Assembly (NCBI GenBank): GCA_951406725.2
Contig: OX597835.1
Location: 38,006,001 to 38,070,000, forward strand
Direction of reading: 5' to 3'
Length of the DNA: 64,000 bases
DNA from: Octopus vulgaris
Taxonomy: Eukaryota
Part shown: positions 27,278-40,387 of the stretch, piece after piece
How the letters are laid out: each line of letters opens with the position of its first letter
Position numbering within the stretch: the first letter of the stretch is position 1
The notes under the pieces: model-generated
The model's database searches: none
Told to the model about the DNA's origin: nothing
Seen by the model: the letters and a program-made list of their open reading frames with translations, nothing else
Program-made: the position numbers and the translations under genes

Positions 27278-27317
27278 CTGACATGCCTTCTTGTGGTGAA
27301 ACTCTGTCTGTTTCTCT
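27278..27317 (-). CDS. Candidate 40-nt minus-strand exon
   Basis: Minus strand has a tctcatcttttcactctag| acceptor and CAG|gtatgc donor; open in all three frames. Confidence 0.3.
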
Positions 27318-27363
27318 CTAGAGTGAAAAGATGAGAATCAATCTTAATCAATTACATAGCCCC

Positions 27364-27407
<44 letters not shown>

Positions 27408-27720
27408 ACATGTACGTATGCATGTATGTCTGCATGTTATTCTTCAATTTCATTTCAGGATTTTTTGCTAAAAGAGAAAGAGTCAATTTCTAACCTAGAT
27501 CCAAGGCTCTTCCATTGGAATTTCAAAAATATCGACAGGATATTTTTGTATGTATGTGTGTATGTATGTATGCATATATCTGTCTGTCTGTATGTATATA
27601 TGTATGTATGTATGTATGTATGCATGCATATATCTGTCTGTCTGTATGTATATATGTATGTATGTATGCATGCATATATGTCTGTATGTATGTATGTGTG
27701 TATGTATGTATGTATATATA

Positions 27721-27756
<36 letters not shown>

Positions 27757-28225
27757 TGTATGCATGCATGCATATATGTCTGTATGTATGTATGTATGTG
27801 TGTGCTTATGTATATATGTCATTGTTCAGTTTTATTTCAAGATTTCTTGCCAATAGAGAAAGTCCCTGTTTCTAACGTAGATCCAAGGCATTTCATTGGA
27901 ATTTCAACATCAATAACTAGGTATGTATGTATGTATGTATGTATGTATGAATGTATGTATGTATGTATGTATGTATGTATGTATGTATGTATGTATTTAT
28001 GAATGTATGTGTGTATGTATGTACGTACGTACGTACATATGTATGTATGTATGTATGAATATATGTATGTATGAATCTATGTATGTGTGTGTATGTATGT
28101 ATGTATGTATGTGTGTGTATGTATGTATGTATGTATGTATGTAAGTATGTATGTGCAGATTTGTATGTTTTATGTGTGTATTCTCAAGCATATAGTTACA
28201 CATCTAGACATGATCATATGTATAT

Positions 28226-28440
28226 TTAAATGATAAACTTCTGGAAAGTTTTACAGATTTTCATAGTTCCAGTGATGGATTCGATCTGTAGTCTTTGAAT
28301 TAGCTTTCTCCTTTCTGGTTTTGAGAAGCCTAATTTCTCAAGATTGGTATTTAGACAGTGTGTTACATATCTCAGTGCTCCAATAATTACAGGTATAAAC
28401 TTGAACTTCTTATCTGCATAGAGAAACAGGTACACCATAG
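28226..28440 (-). mobile_element. RLE-type (R4-like) LINE 3' end fragment
   Basis: FKFIPVIIGALRYVTHCLNTNLEKLGFS...LQIESITGTMKICKTF, the C-terminus of an RLE endonuclease domain. Confidence 0.75.
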
Positions 28441-29050
28441 TTTGCATGATCAAGGCATATATTCTGAAAGTGCTCCACAACTATAACTAGAAAATACTCG
28501 AGGCTATGTCCAATGTCTATACGAAATAAAGATATGAAAGTTATGAATCTTGAATATTCCCATATAAACAAAACTGTATTAGATATACTTTATACATCTG
28601 TGTGTGTGTGTGTGTGTCTGCATGTGTGTGTGTGTGTGTGTGCATGTGTGTGTGTGTGTGTGTGTGTGTGTTGAGAGGAAAACAATATGGAATAAATTAG
28701 CCATTCTGCTGTAATCCTTTGACCTTTGCTTGACCTTAGATGTGAAAACATTTAGAGTTAGAGAGATTAAATGCAAAGTGCTTTTTGTCTACGCCTCACC
28801 CTCAAATGGTTACCACCACCATCACACCAACTGCATGGCCCCGATACCAGCACCACTGCCTCCATCACCAGCATTGAATGACCAACCAGTTACCACCACC
28901 ATCACAACAATAACAACAATAACATGCACCACTCTCAGGACCATCATCTCCACTAAGTGTAGTAACCATACAAGAGAGCCTCTGTGTTGCCATGTCTCCA
29001 TGTGGTTTCTCAACTTCCTAGAAATAGAAGTCAAAACTCCATTGTCTCAA

Positions 29051-29242
29051 CCCTTTAGCATTCAGATTCTTTTTTCAAATTTAATGCTTACTTATTCACT
29101 TTTTAAAAAATTAATCATGTATTATCTTCTAGCTTCGATGAGATCAGTGTATATTTTTAGAATGACATTGTAGGAAAAGTGTAAGAGGCTGGATCAGGTC
29201 AGAATATGAGGGCCAGTTATGGCCAGTTTCAATGTTAAAAGG
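29051..29242. mobile_element. piggyBac-like MITE (family A)
   Basis: CCCTTTAGCATTCAGATT start; body homologous to 2341-2555. Confidence 0.7.
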
Positions 29243-29639
29243 TTAGACCAAGAAGTCTAAATTGATTATCGTAGTGGTTAAATTTTCCCAGAATTGGATA
29301 GCCATGGATGGAATGTATTTAATATAATAAGGTCTGCTTGACCACAAAGACTGACTTGTTCTGTGGATATAGAAATGCAAAAATTGCAAACCCTGTAAAT
29401 AAAGACCAGAAAAGGAAACCTGCTTGCTAAGCAGTTTTGTTTAGACTATTCTTTCTATGATGACTGACCATAGAAAGACAGAATGCACTAAAAACAGAAC
29501 AAGAGAGACATGTGGGATGGAGAGTCACTGAAGAGGTCACAGGTGTGTGACAAAATATTTTCAGACCAACCTTGACCAACCTTGGTTGTCATGCAATGAC
29601 AGCAGGGACAAACACAGACAAAATGATACACACACATAA

Positions 29640-30471
29640 TTTTTTTTCAGAGTGAGATAAAAAAAACCATGGCTTTGAAGATTTTAGAACATTTATAAAT
29701 AGAAGGTCTTACAGCAGTTTCCAGGATATTCATTATATCCCTTCATTGGAGACAGTGTGAGAAAATGGTTAAGCAATAGTTAATTTAGATAAGATATGAA
29801 ATAGAGAGTGAGGTGGAGGAATGAAAATAGATGTGAGATATGCAGGGATATTGCATTTGTAGATTCATTATTTAGGCAGAATGGTATATATATAAGATTC
29901 CAATACCTTGTGAGTAAAATCCAGAAGTATCTAAAATTGGTTATTCCAAGTATAAAGTTTGTACACAGTGCTATTGAATCAAGGGTTTTATTTAAAGTGA
30001 CCTAAAAGTAGGGAATGTAATTGTAAGGTCAAATCGAAAGCAGGAAGAGGGAAATAAAGAAAAGAGAAAAAAGTGAAGAAAAAAAAGAAGAAAAAACTGG
30101 AAGAGAGGAATAAAGAAAAGAAAGAAAGAAGAAAAACAAGGAGAGATAATAAGGGATAATAAGTGTACCAGTTAGTGGTCAGTCAAGATAATTTGAAAGT
30201 AGGAATGGGGAGTTAAGGGTGATAGAGAGAGAGAGAAAGGTATTAGAGTGTAAAAAGAAAGAAGGAATGAGGGTGGGGTGGAGAGAGGTATAATAATGTA
30301 AAAGGTAAAGGAGTGTCAGTTATGTAGTGATAGAGTCTAAGTGATGAGGCAGAGAGAGGGGTAGTTGTATGGAATGAAGAATTTAGGAATATAGATTAGG
30401 TGGTTGGACAGGTCAGTGCTTAGTAGTAGAACATATATATGCGAAGATGTATACACATATATATATTAGAC

Positions 30472-30514
<43 letters not shown>

Positions 30515-32130
30515 TACATATGTTTATACATATCAATATCTACATATACAACTTGTACTCATATGTACATGTATACATGCACATCCATATATATATCTGT
30601 TTGTATTATCGCCCCTGTATACGCAGGTATATATACCTTGCATACATACATACATTAACACATATACACATACATATGCATGGACCCATATATGCATGCA
30701 CACATATACACATGAATATAATTAGATGGTTGTGAAATTCGAGTATGAGTGGGAAATTAGATAGAGATTAAGAGTTAAAATGTAGATTTATAAAGTTATT
30801 AGGATTACCTAAGGGGTATTGTGGAAATATACTGTGGTCGTTTAAGCATTTAGATTTGTGGTAGAATCTGAATGTGTGAAAAAAGCAGTGGTTGCATGTG
30901 CTTAGTGCTTCATTATGTTTATTTAGCAGTGCTGGAGCATTGTGCTTTAATATGTGAAGTGCTTCCTTCAGGCAAGGTTTGCAGGTTGAGAATTGACCTT
31001 GGTAAGGAAGCCCTGAGTCCAGTATGGACTATGATAGAGTATAGGGTATATTTGTATTTTTGAGATGATTTATGTGGTTGGCAAGTGTTGTAGATTTACT
31101 ATGTTTATCATATCTAAAAGAATGGAGGTGAGAGCTATATCTTTGCTTAAAATTTTTGGTTGATCCTATGTATATGGCTGTAGAGTTGTGTAATAGATTA
31201 AGAACAGTGCATTTGTAAATTACATTATATCTTCTGCAATGGGTTTGTAACGGGCAGATGGTTCCAGGATGGCAATTACAATAAGGTGAATCTTGGGGGC
31301 TGTGTTCAGGAATCGAGGAGGTAATATCATCAGAGAAAATGTTATAGAATGGAGTAGAATATTCTAACGTTATCATTACCAACATTGCTATTATTACTAT
31401 TGTTGTTATTAATTGTACTATTTGTAAGGGTGGTAGAGATCGTGGTGGTTCCGGGTAGTGTCAGTTGGATGGGCTGGGTTGTGGTTGTGGTCTAATGTAA
31501 GGGTATCTGTGCTGGGGTTGTATGTGTGTTGAGTATTCATATGACTAGAGATGTAGTTATGTGAGTTTTGATAGTAAAGGGAATGCTTTTGCTCATTAGA
31601 AGCTGAAGCTGCTACGATAGATTCGAAGTTGAGTGAGGTAGAATAAGATAGTTTCAGGGTGGATCGATTAAAGATAGAATGATATTTATGTTGTCGAGGG
31701 AAGTTAGAGTCTGGTATTCTAAAGAAGGATTTAGCTAAGTTCTTAACATTAAGTGAGAATGGGGATGTGTACCACAGAATAGAATGTCTGCCACTTAATG
31801 GGTTTCTTTCAGTTTGCCTACATGCTATATATATATATATATAGTATGTAGGCAAATTTATATATATACATGCTATAAATATAAATTAAATTAGAGATAA
31901 AACCACTATTAGGCAAATCAAACAGTGAAAAACATAAACCAAAACATAGAAATAAAATTAATTAATATAATATACAGAATATAAAATATAAAATTTAAAT
32001 TATTTAAATTTAAAGTTAAAAATTCACACATTCAGATTCTATCACAAATCCAAAGGCCTAAACGACCACACAGTATATTTTCACAATACCCCTTAGGTAA
32101 TCCCAATAACTTTATAAATCTACATTTTAA
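29640..32130 (-). mobile_element. Penelope-like element with GIY-YIG endonuclease, 3' hammerhead and an inverted segment
   Basis: ILWYTSPFSLNV..FP..HKYHSIFNRSTLKLSYS (31600-31790); CPLQTHC..NVIYKC...IYIGSTKNFKQRYSSH (GIY-YIG, 31030-31260); hammerhead at 29706-29753; 30775-30880 repeated in inverted form at 32023-32130. Confidence 0.88.
29706..29753 (-). ncRNA. Hammerhead ribozyme motif at the Penelope 3' end
   Basis: Minus strand: gtct-CCAATGA-agggatat aatga atatcctg-GAAA-ctgctg-TA-agac; the core is mutated from C(U/C)GAUGA. Confidence 0.65.
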
Positions 32131-32616
32131 TATATATATATATATATATATATAACATGTAGGCAAAGGGAAAATTATCTAAGTATAGAGAAACACAGAG
32201 TAGTGCTGAAATAGGTGGGAACTTAAACTCCAGCCTCTTCATCCAGGGCCAACACTTCTGCATGAAATGACAGCAATGAGAACAAACCTTTTCCCGTTGT
32301 TATGGAGGGAGAAAGGCAGATAAGCACAGGATGGCTTCAGACATATATTTACTTGGAGCACAAAATACAGATTAGGAAATAAGGTACAAAGAGAAGAAAA
32401 CAACAGTAGAATTATGTAAAGTCTTTAGACATTACATAATTCTTTACATAATTCTTCTCTTCTGATTTGCTTTCGTTTTTCTCTAATCTCTATTTTGTGT
32501 TCTGTGTCTCAGGCCTAGCTGTGCTTAACTACTTCTGCTTCTCCACCTCTCTCTCTCTCTTTTGATTTCTCTCTCTCTCTATATATATATATGTGTGTGT
32601 GCATGTGTGTGTGTAT

Positions 32617-32701
<85 letters not shown>

Positions 32702-32770
32702 AATACATAAATAAATATTTATGTAGATATATATACATAAATATATTTATGTAGATATATATAGATAATA

Positions 32771-32802
<32 letters not shown>

Positions 32803-32839
32803 AATATATATATATATGTATATATATATACACATATAA

Positions 32840-32909
<70 letters not shown>

Positions 32910-33497
32910 TATATATATATATATATATATGTACATAAATAGATAGATAGATAGTTAGATAGACATATGAACAAACAGACATATATACAAACAGATAGAT
33001 AGATAGATAGATTGGTTGATAAGTAGATAGGTAGATAGATAAGTTCACATACACATACATGCATAGGCACACACGCACACACACACACATAGACACACAC
33101 ACATATACTTGCATAAGCGCATGCAATATATGTATGTACATATGTTGCCTTTGGAGACTTGCTACATTGGTGAAAACAAGATTTGCATTGGAATTTTGAC
33201 ATCAAACAGATTAGTCTTAAACATATGCATGTGTGCATGTGAGACTGTTTATGCATATGCATGCATATATATATATGTGTATGTATACACACACACATAT
33301 ATCATCATCATCATCATCATCATCATTCGATGTCCTTGTTACTTGCTGGGAGGAGTTGGATACATGGAACATCTATGTTAAATGATGATGATGAGGATGA
33401 CCTATCTCTCTATCTGACTATCTATCTGTCTGTCTAGCAGTATCCCCTCCTCCCTCTCTCTCTCTCTCTATCTATCTATCTCTCTCTCTCTCTCTCC

Positions 33498-33537
<40 letters not shown>

Positions 33538-34209
33538 TCCTTAGGGCAGGCCAGATTGGAGCAATCTCAAGATTAATCAGCCGAAATTGCAAGGATGATC
33601 TGGTTCTTGACTGAGGATAGAAAGCTTCAAATGACTCATCCTTGTTTTTTTTGTATCATCTATCTGGATGTTTTGTTGTCCCTTTTTGTATCACCTAGTC
33701 GTCCAGATGTTTTGCATTCTTGTCCCATTTTGTATTTTTATATATATATATATTTAAATAGGTGAATGAATTATCCTATGTTTATTGTCAGCATGGAAAT
33801 TATATCAAAACTATGTCGAGAGTAAAGGAATTTTGTTAACATCTTTGTTCGACTCCATTCTTTCATATACATATATATATATATATATAGTATATATATA
33901 GTAGTAGTAGAAAAGAGGAATTTCAATTATCCCCACGTGGTGAGTTGTAATGTATATAAGAAATTAAAAAAGGAAAATACGCACACTTACATAGTTTTAA
34001 TATAATTTTTAATATATCGACCAGTTTCGCTATCGCTATTCATGATATATATATATATGTGTTTGCATGTATGTATGCATACTTACATACATGTGAGCCT
34101 GCATCCTGCACGCAACTGTACTTATACGCATGGGTGCCATTCCTTATGTGGATTGTATTACCTGCTGAACTTTGTGAGAGTGCTTTATATATTTTGATAA
34201 TGCCTTTGG

Positions 34210-34925
34210 TAGCTTCCAGTGGTAATCTTTTAATTGGGTGTTTTGTTACCTACACGAGAGGGTAAAGTTATCGTCTAGAGTCATGGCGACTCATAAAACA
34301 ACCTCTTTTGCCACAGCCACCAGGCAAAGGAAAACTGCCTTGCCTGCCCAACTGAAGGAGGGCAGCAGTACGATCATCACTGCAGACTTGGCCGACAGAC
34401 GGAAACGCCCCACATGTAACAGCAGCTGTTTGACATAAATCCACAAGTCAGTAATGCCTGGACACTGAATGAGGTCATGCAGAATGGTTTCGTCACTCTG
34501 CTTGGACAAGTCTGTCTGACAGTGCATCCATCCATCTGTCTGACTGTGCATCCATCTCAACCGGAAAGTCCTCCGGAACAGACTAGCAAGTCCATTTTCG
34601 TCAGCATCCAGAGTCTCCCCGAGAACATCACCACACTTCCCCATCACTAATCCTCTTTAAATTCCATTACCTGATTGGTAGGGGGATGTGAGCGCCTGAT
34701 GATATTCTGGGTGCCAGGGACCCAGTTTCAGTTTTTTCTTCACCGAGAACTGCAGCTCAGAAATGGAACCCACACATGCTCACCATCCAGAAATCATTGC
34801 AGGTGGCATAACCCAAGACCGTATCTGTACATTAGGAGCCACGGCATACATAATCTGCCACTCAGAGGATGCTGGCAACAGACTGACTGCCTGACCATTG
34901 GAACGCATCCCTTCCACAAGAATTA
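34210..34925 (-). mobile_element. L1/Tx1-clade LINE, 3' ORF2 fragment
   Basis: FLWKGCVPMVRQSVCCQHPLSGRLCMPWL (GGLG-P-like) and DETILHDLIQCPGITDLWIYV (zinc-knuckle region). Confidence 0.75.
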
Positions 34926-35008
34926 ATGATAATAAAAACCAAAATCTTTATGTTTCTTAGTTTTGATATTTTCTGTTGTTCTTACAATTTGTTGCCTTTT
35001 TGTTGTTG

Positions 35009-35043
<35 letters not shown>

Positions 35044-35044
35044 G

Positions 35045-35423
35045 GTGCTAAGAGCACCATCTGAGCGTGATCGTTGCCAGAGTGGCTAACAGGCTTCCAT
35101 GCTGGTGGCATGTCGGAGGCACCATTCGAGCGGGATCGTTACCAGCATCGCCTTACTGGCACCTGTGCCGTTGGCATGTGTAAAAGATTTGAGCAAGGTC
35201 ATTGCCAGTACCGCCTGACTGGCCCTCGTGCCACTGGCACGTAAAAGTACCCACTATACTCTCGGAGTGGTTGGTGTTAGAAAGGGCATCCAGCTGTAGA
35301 AACTCTGCCAGATCAGATTGGAGCCTGGTGCAGCCATCTGGTTCGGCAGCCCACAGTCAAATCGTCCAACCCACGCTAGCACGGAAAGCAGACGTTAAAC
35401 AATGATGATGATGATGATGATGA
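35045..35423 (+). mobile_element. (GAT)n-tailed retroposon (RTE-like LINE 3' end or its SINE partner)
   Basis: GGAGTGGTTGG..TAGGAAGGGCATCCAGC...CCAACCCATGCTAGCATGGAAAGCGGACGTTAAAC(GAT)n. Copies at 3320-3482, 6571-6792, 11990-12070, 12328-12528(-), 22545-22865, 26570-26896 and 54715-54985. Confidence 0.8.
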
Positions 35424-35834
35424 TTTGAATTTTTATTTCACTTTTCTTCCAATTTTTATTCTGGAAATAAGGTCAGGTTGACATTAAGAGAGGTGAGGCC
35501 TGTTTTTTTTTCAGCATGTTGGAATTGGAATCGGCAAAGTAGAAAAAAAAAATAACAAAAAGAGAAAAAAATAACAACCAGCAAGAAGAAGAAGGACAAC
35601 AACAAAAACAAAATAGAAAAAAATAACAGTAAATAAAAAAAAAAGGTGGAGAAAATCAAAAAAGAAATAAAAGATGCTATCGACAATGTGATGTTGTGGA
35701 GTTGTACATTAGCGCTGTAAGACATTAGCATATGTATATATGTATGTATATATGTATGTATGTATTTATGCATGTATGTATGTATGTATGTATGTATATA
35801 TGTATGTATGTATATATGTATGTATATATGTATG

Positions 35835-35868
<34 letters not shown>

Positions 35869-35870
35869 TG

Positions 35871-35904
<34 letters not shown>

Positions 35905-36725
35905 TGTATGTATGTATGTATGTATGTATGTATGTATGTACGTGTGCAGTAATGGTGATGGTCGTGGTGGGATGTTTTTAGAATTTTGTATAGAATTTGG
36001 TAGAAGTGGTGCGAAGAAGGGGGTAGGGTAGAGGAAGGGGGTGAGGTGAATTACTTTATTTTTATTTCGTTTTGTTTCTTGCTTTGTTGTTCTTTTGTTT
36101 GTTTGTTTGTTTATGTTTATTTATTATTATTATTATTTTTTTTTTTCATTAGTCTTCCTAATTGAATGTATCATGCTCTTTGATATTCAAATATGAAATT
36201 TAGACATCAAAGAGCGGCAGCAACAACAACAACAACAACAGCAACAACAACAACAACAACAACAACAGCAAGAAGCCTGACACTGCATTCTGTCTCACAT
36301 ACACATATACATACACTAAATAAATATATAAATAAATAAATGAAAGATAACAAAAAAAAGCGACAGCCAAATTTCTTTAAATGGGAACTGAAGTATATTT
36401 GAACCTGCAACATTCCATGTTGAAATGAAAGAGGAGATGTGAACCGCTCCAGAGACATGTGATCCGCTGGTCTTTAAATAATTTGTCGTCCTTTTGTTTT
36501 TAATTTTTATATGATATGCTGTGTTGTATAGTATTAATTCTTAAATATAGTAACAGATGCAGAGAGAGGGGAGAGAGAGGGGGAGAAAGAGGAAGGATTG
36601 AGAGAAGGGTAAAGTTCATAGAGAGAGAGGTAATATGTGACTGGGAGAGGGAGACAGAGAGAAAGAGAGAGAAAGAGAGTAAGAGAGAGAGTACAAAAGA
36701 AAGAGAGTGAGAGAGAGTTATGGAC

Positions 36726-36783
<58 letters not shown>

Positions 36784-36907
36784 TTATAGATGGATAGGCA
36801 GATAGATAATTTATTAGAAGCATAGATAGAGAAATAGAGATGGATAAATGGACAGATAGATAATTAGAAGCATAGATAGAGAAATAGATAGATAGATAGT
36901 TAGATAT

Positions 36908-36965
<58 letters not shown>

Positions 36966-37424
36966 GGATGGATGAATGGACAGACGGACAGACGGACAGA
37001 CAGACAGACAGATAGATAGATAGATGGATGGAAAGATAGGCATACTGACAGACAGACAGACAGACAGATAGATAGATGACTGGATAAGGATAGAGATAGA
37101 TATAAAGAGAAAGACTGTTACTAGAAGCTGCTTCATCTGACAGAGTTTACAACATGTACATGTGGATGTATTCAGTGGGAATCAGAAGTGTGAGGGTTCA
37201 AATTACACTTGGCTCAGTTGGGGAATCTCGAATATCCCCTTCCCCAACACACCACCCCACTCATACTACCTACGCCTTCTTGTTTACATTGCGTAATATC
37301 TGTTAATATCATTATATATATATAATATATGCACATGTTTGTGTATGGGGTGTGCATAGATATGCATGTGTGTGTATATATATGTTTATATTATGAGATA
37401 TATATATGCATGTATGTATGTATG

Positions 37425-37461
<37 letters not shown>

Positions 37462-38178
37462 ATATAGATATGCATGAATATACAAATATAGGTGTGTGAC
37501 TTGGTGGCTATGCAAATACATATCTGCATATATGTGTATGTGTAAGTATATATATGAATGTATATATGTATTTATGTATATATATGTATTTGCATTTGTA
37601 AATACATGTGTGCCTACACATGTATATGAGTGTATATAAATGTGTATATATGTATTTGTGTGTGTATAAATGCAGATATGCATGTAACAATATATATATA
37701 TATATGAATGTATTATGTTATATATATTCTCTCACTCTTTTACTTGTTTAAGTCATTGGATGGCAGCCAAACTGTGCCACCAGTGTAATCTAACACATCA
37801 GCTTCAGTACTTATTTGTTTAAAGTCTGGTACTCGTTGTATCGATATTCTTTGCCAAACCACTAAGTTATGGGAGTGTAAAGAAACCAATGCTAGTTATG
37901 AAGCAGAGAGGAGAACAAACAAACACACATTCACATAAGATGGGCTTCTTCACTTGGCCAGAGGCTTTAGTATAAAACTCTTGTCTAGAGTGCCATGCAG
38001 TAGGATTGGACCTGAAACCATATGACTGTAAAGTGAACTTCTTACCCATGCATACATGCCTCTTCCTATGAATATGTACATATATATATATATATATACA
38101 TATATAATAATTATTTGAGGGAATATTATTTCTAACTTACAGGGAAAAATTCAATTTAGAAACACTAAATCAAATTTC

Positions 38179-38208
<30 letters not shown>

Positions 38209-38211
<3 letters not shown>

Positions 38212-38521
38212 TAGAAAACAAACACCTTTTATCAATTCAAAATGAACAATTAAATTACACCATCTAGAAAATTACATATAATAGAAATATTAAAATTAAA
38301 ATAACAATAATATACAGATGATTAAGTAAATTGCATAATAATAATAAAAATAAAAATAATAAAAATATTCTACCAAATATATACGCTTTTATTATTATTT
38401 TGTAATTTACTTAATCATTGGTATATTATTGTTTTTTATTTTTAATATTTCTATTATATGTAATTTTCTAGATGGTGTAATTTAATTGTTCATTTTGAAT
38501 AGATAAAGGTGTTTTTTCTAA

Positions 38522-38523
<2 letters not shown>
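38209..38523. repeat. AT-rich foldback element in (TA)n
   Basis: The arms are reverse complements. Same family at 59600-59855 (single arm) and 61209-61460 (palindromic). Confidence 0.85.
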
Positions 38524-38581
<58 letters not shown>

Positions 38582-40254
38582 CACTACCGTCAGAAATTAA
38601 TTAGCACCCTTGATTTGCTCTTCACTCAAGGTATTTGCTGTCACCTAGTGGCCATATCTCGAACTATTGCTTTGTTGTGAGTTCACTGTTGCGCAGAACG
38701 ATGACGTAACTTTGTTTGCAGAGCAGTTTGAGAGTCTACAGCCTAATGATGTTGACATAGCAGTGCAACAACAACTTGGAGTGCGGATGCAGACAAATCT
38801 TCCTTTGTTTAATAGATATAGGTAGTGCCTCGCAAGGACCGAAATCACACCGTACTAAGTTTTCTCATCGCGTAAGACGTTTTGAACAGCTTGTAGGTTA
38901 ATTGATTTGTGTATTTGCAAGATTTTTTTCCTCACAAATTCTCCTACAGTCTGCTTGATGATGTCACTTCCGGTTCACAAAACTTTCTGTTATACATCAA
39001 ATAAGGTGAGAAATTCTGCTTTCTTTCTTTTTGTTTAATGAATAATAACTCATAGCAGTTTTGTTATAGCATAACATTATTCAAATGAATAGTTTTAATG
39101 AAAATAACTGGTTTTTATCGTTCATTCCTAGATGGGCCCAAGACCTCGCATGATCTTGGAGAGACGGTACGAGGCTCTCTCGTGGCGTGAGAAGCTGTCG
39201 GAGGCTGCAATAGCCAGAAAACTTGGTGTGGCCAGGCGCACAATTCAGTGCTTATTTAAGAAATACAAGGAAACCGGATCAGCAGCTGACAAAAAGGGTA
39301 GGGGACGGAAGAGGCTGACGACCCAGCGGGAGGACCGGATGCTGATCCGAAAGTTACTGTACAACCGAAGGGCAACGAGCCAGCAACTGGCGGAGGAGAT
39401 GCAAAAGATGACAGGGAAGCAGTTGTCTACAACTACCGTCAAGACCAGATTACTGGAAGCTGGTCTAAAATCCTGTAGGGCCGCCCATAAGCCGCTCCTT
39501 ACAGCCCACAAGACATGGACTGTGCAGCAGTAGTGGACAGTGATGTTCACTGACGAGTCGCAATTCAGTCTCGTCAGTGACAAGCCTGTCCATGTGCGAC
39601 ACCACAGGGGTGAGCGCTTCAACAAAGACTGCATTGCTCCCACCATGAAGCATGGTGGGGGTGGTCTGATTGTGTGAGGGGCGTTCAGCTACAGTGGTGT
39701 TGGGCGGCTCTATGCCGTCGAAGGCAACATCAACGCAGCAAAGTACGTTGAGATAGTACGGGATACCTCTTTGGTGGCGAGGAGTACGTGCTCCAGCAGG
39801 ACAACGCGCCTTCCCACACAGCCAAGCTCACAACCAGTTTCATCAAGGACCATGGGGTGACGGTCATGGACTGGCCTGGCCAGTCACCTGACCTGAACCC
39901 TATTGAGAACCTCTGGAGTCGATTGGGTAGGGATTTGAATGTGCAGCAATACAGGAACCGACACGAGCTGTTTGGGGCACTTCTTGCTGCATGGAGGGCC
40001 ATCCCCGCACAGTACCTGCAGGCACTCATAGACAGCATGCCGACCCGCGTAGCAGCTGTCATTGCTGCCAAAGGAGGAGCAACAAGATATTGACTAAATT
40101 TCACGATTAATAACAATTATGTGGTGTGCTGGGATATGTTTTAATAAATTTTTGATTAAAAATGAGTTCGTTTCTGATAATAAGTTAATTAAATTAAGAA
40201 AATGTAAGAAAATGTAGAAATTTGAGAAGTGCTAATTAATTTCCGACGCAAGTG
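38582..40254 (+). mobile_element. Tc1-family DNA transposon (DD34E), both TIRs, inactivated
   Basis: ~26-bp TIRs CACTACCGTCAGAAATTAATTAGCAC / GTGCTAATTAATTTCCGACGCAAGTG flanked by TA. Confidence 0.95.
39132..40093 (+). pseudogene. Tc1 transposase pseudogene
   Basis: HTH + GRGRK, FTDES, QQDNAPSH-(34 aa D to E)-SPDLNPIENLW, GGATRY*. In-frame stop at 39531, another near 39675, a deletion and a frameshift. Confidence 0.93.
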
Positions 40255-40320
40255 TATATATATATGTATGACTGTATGTATGTATGTATGTGTGTGTATG
40301 TATATATATATGTGTATATA

Positions 40321-40364
<44 letters not shown>

Positions 40365-40387
40365 CTATATATATATATATATATATA

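Noticed and set aside
39245-40116. Antisense ORFs over the Tc1 transposase
   Set aside because: Shadow ORFs of a GC-rich coding strand.
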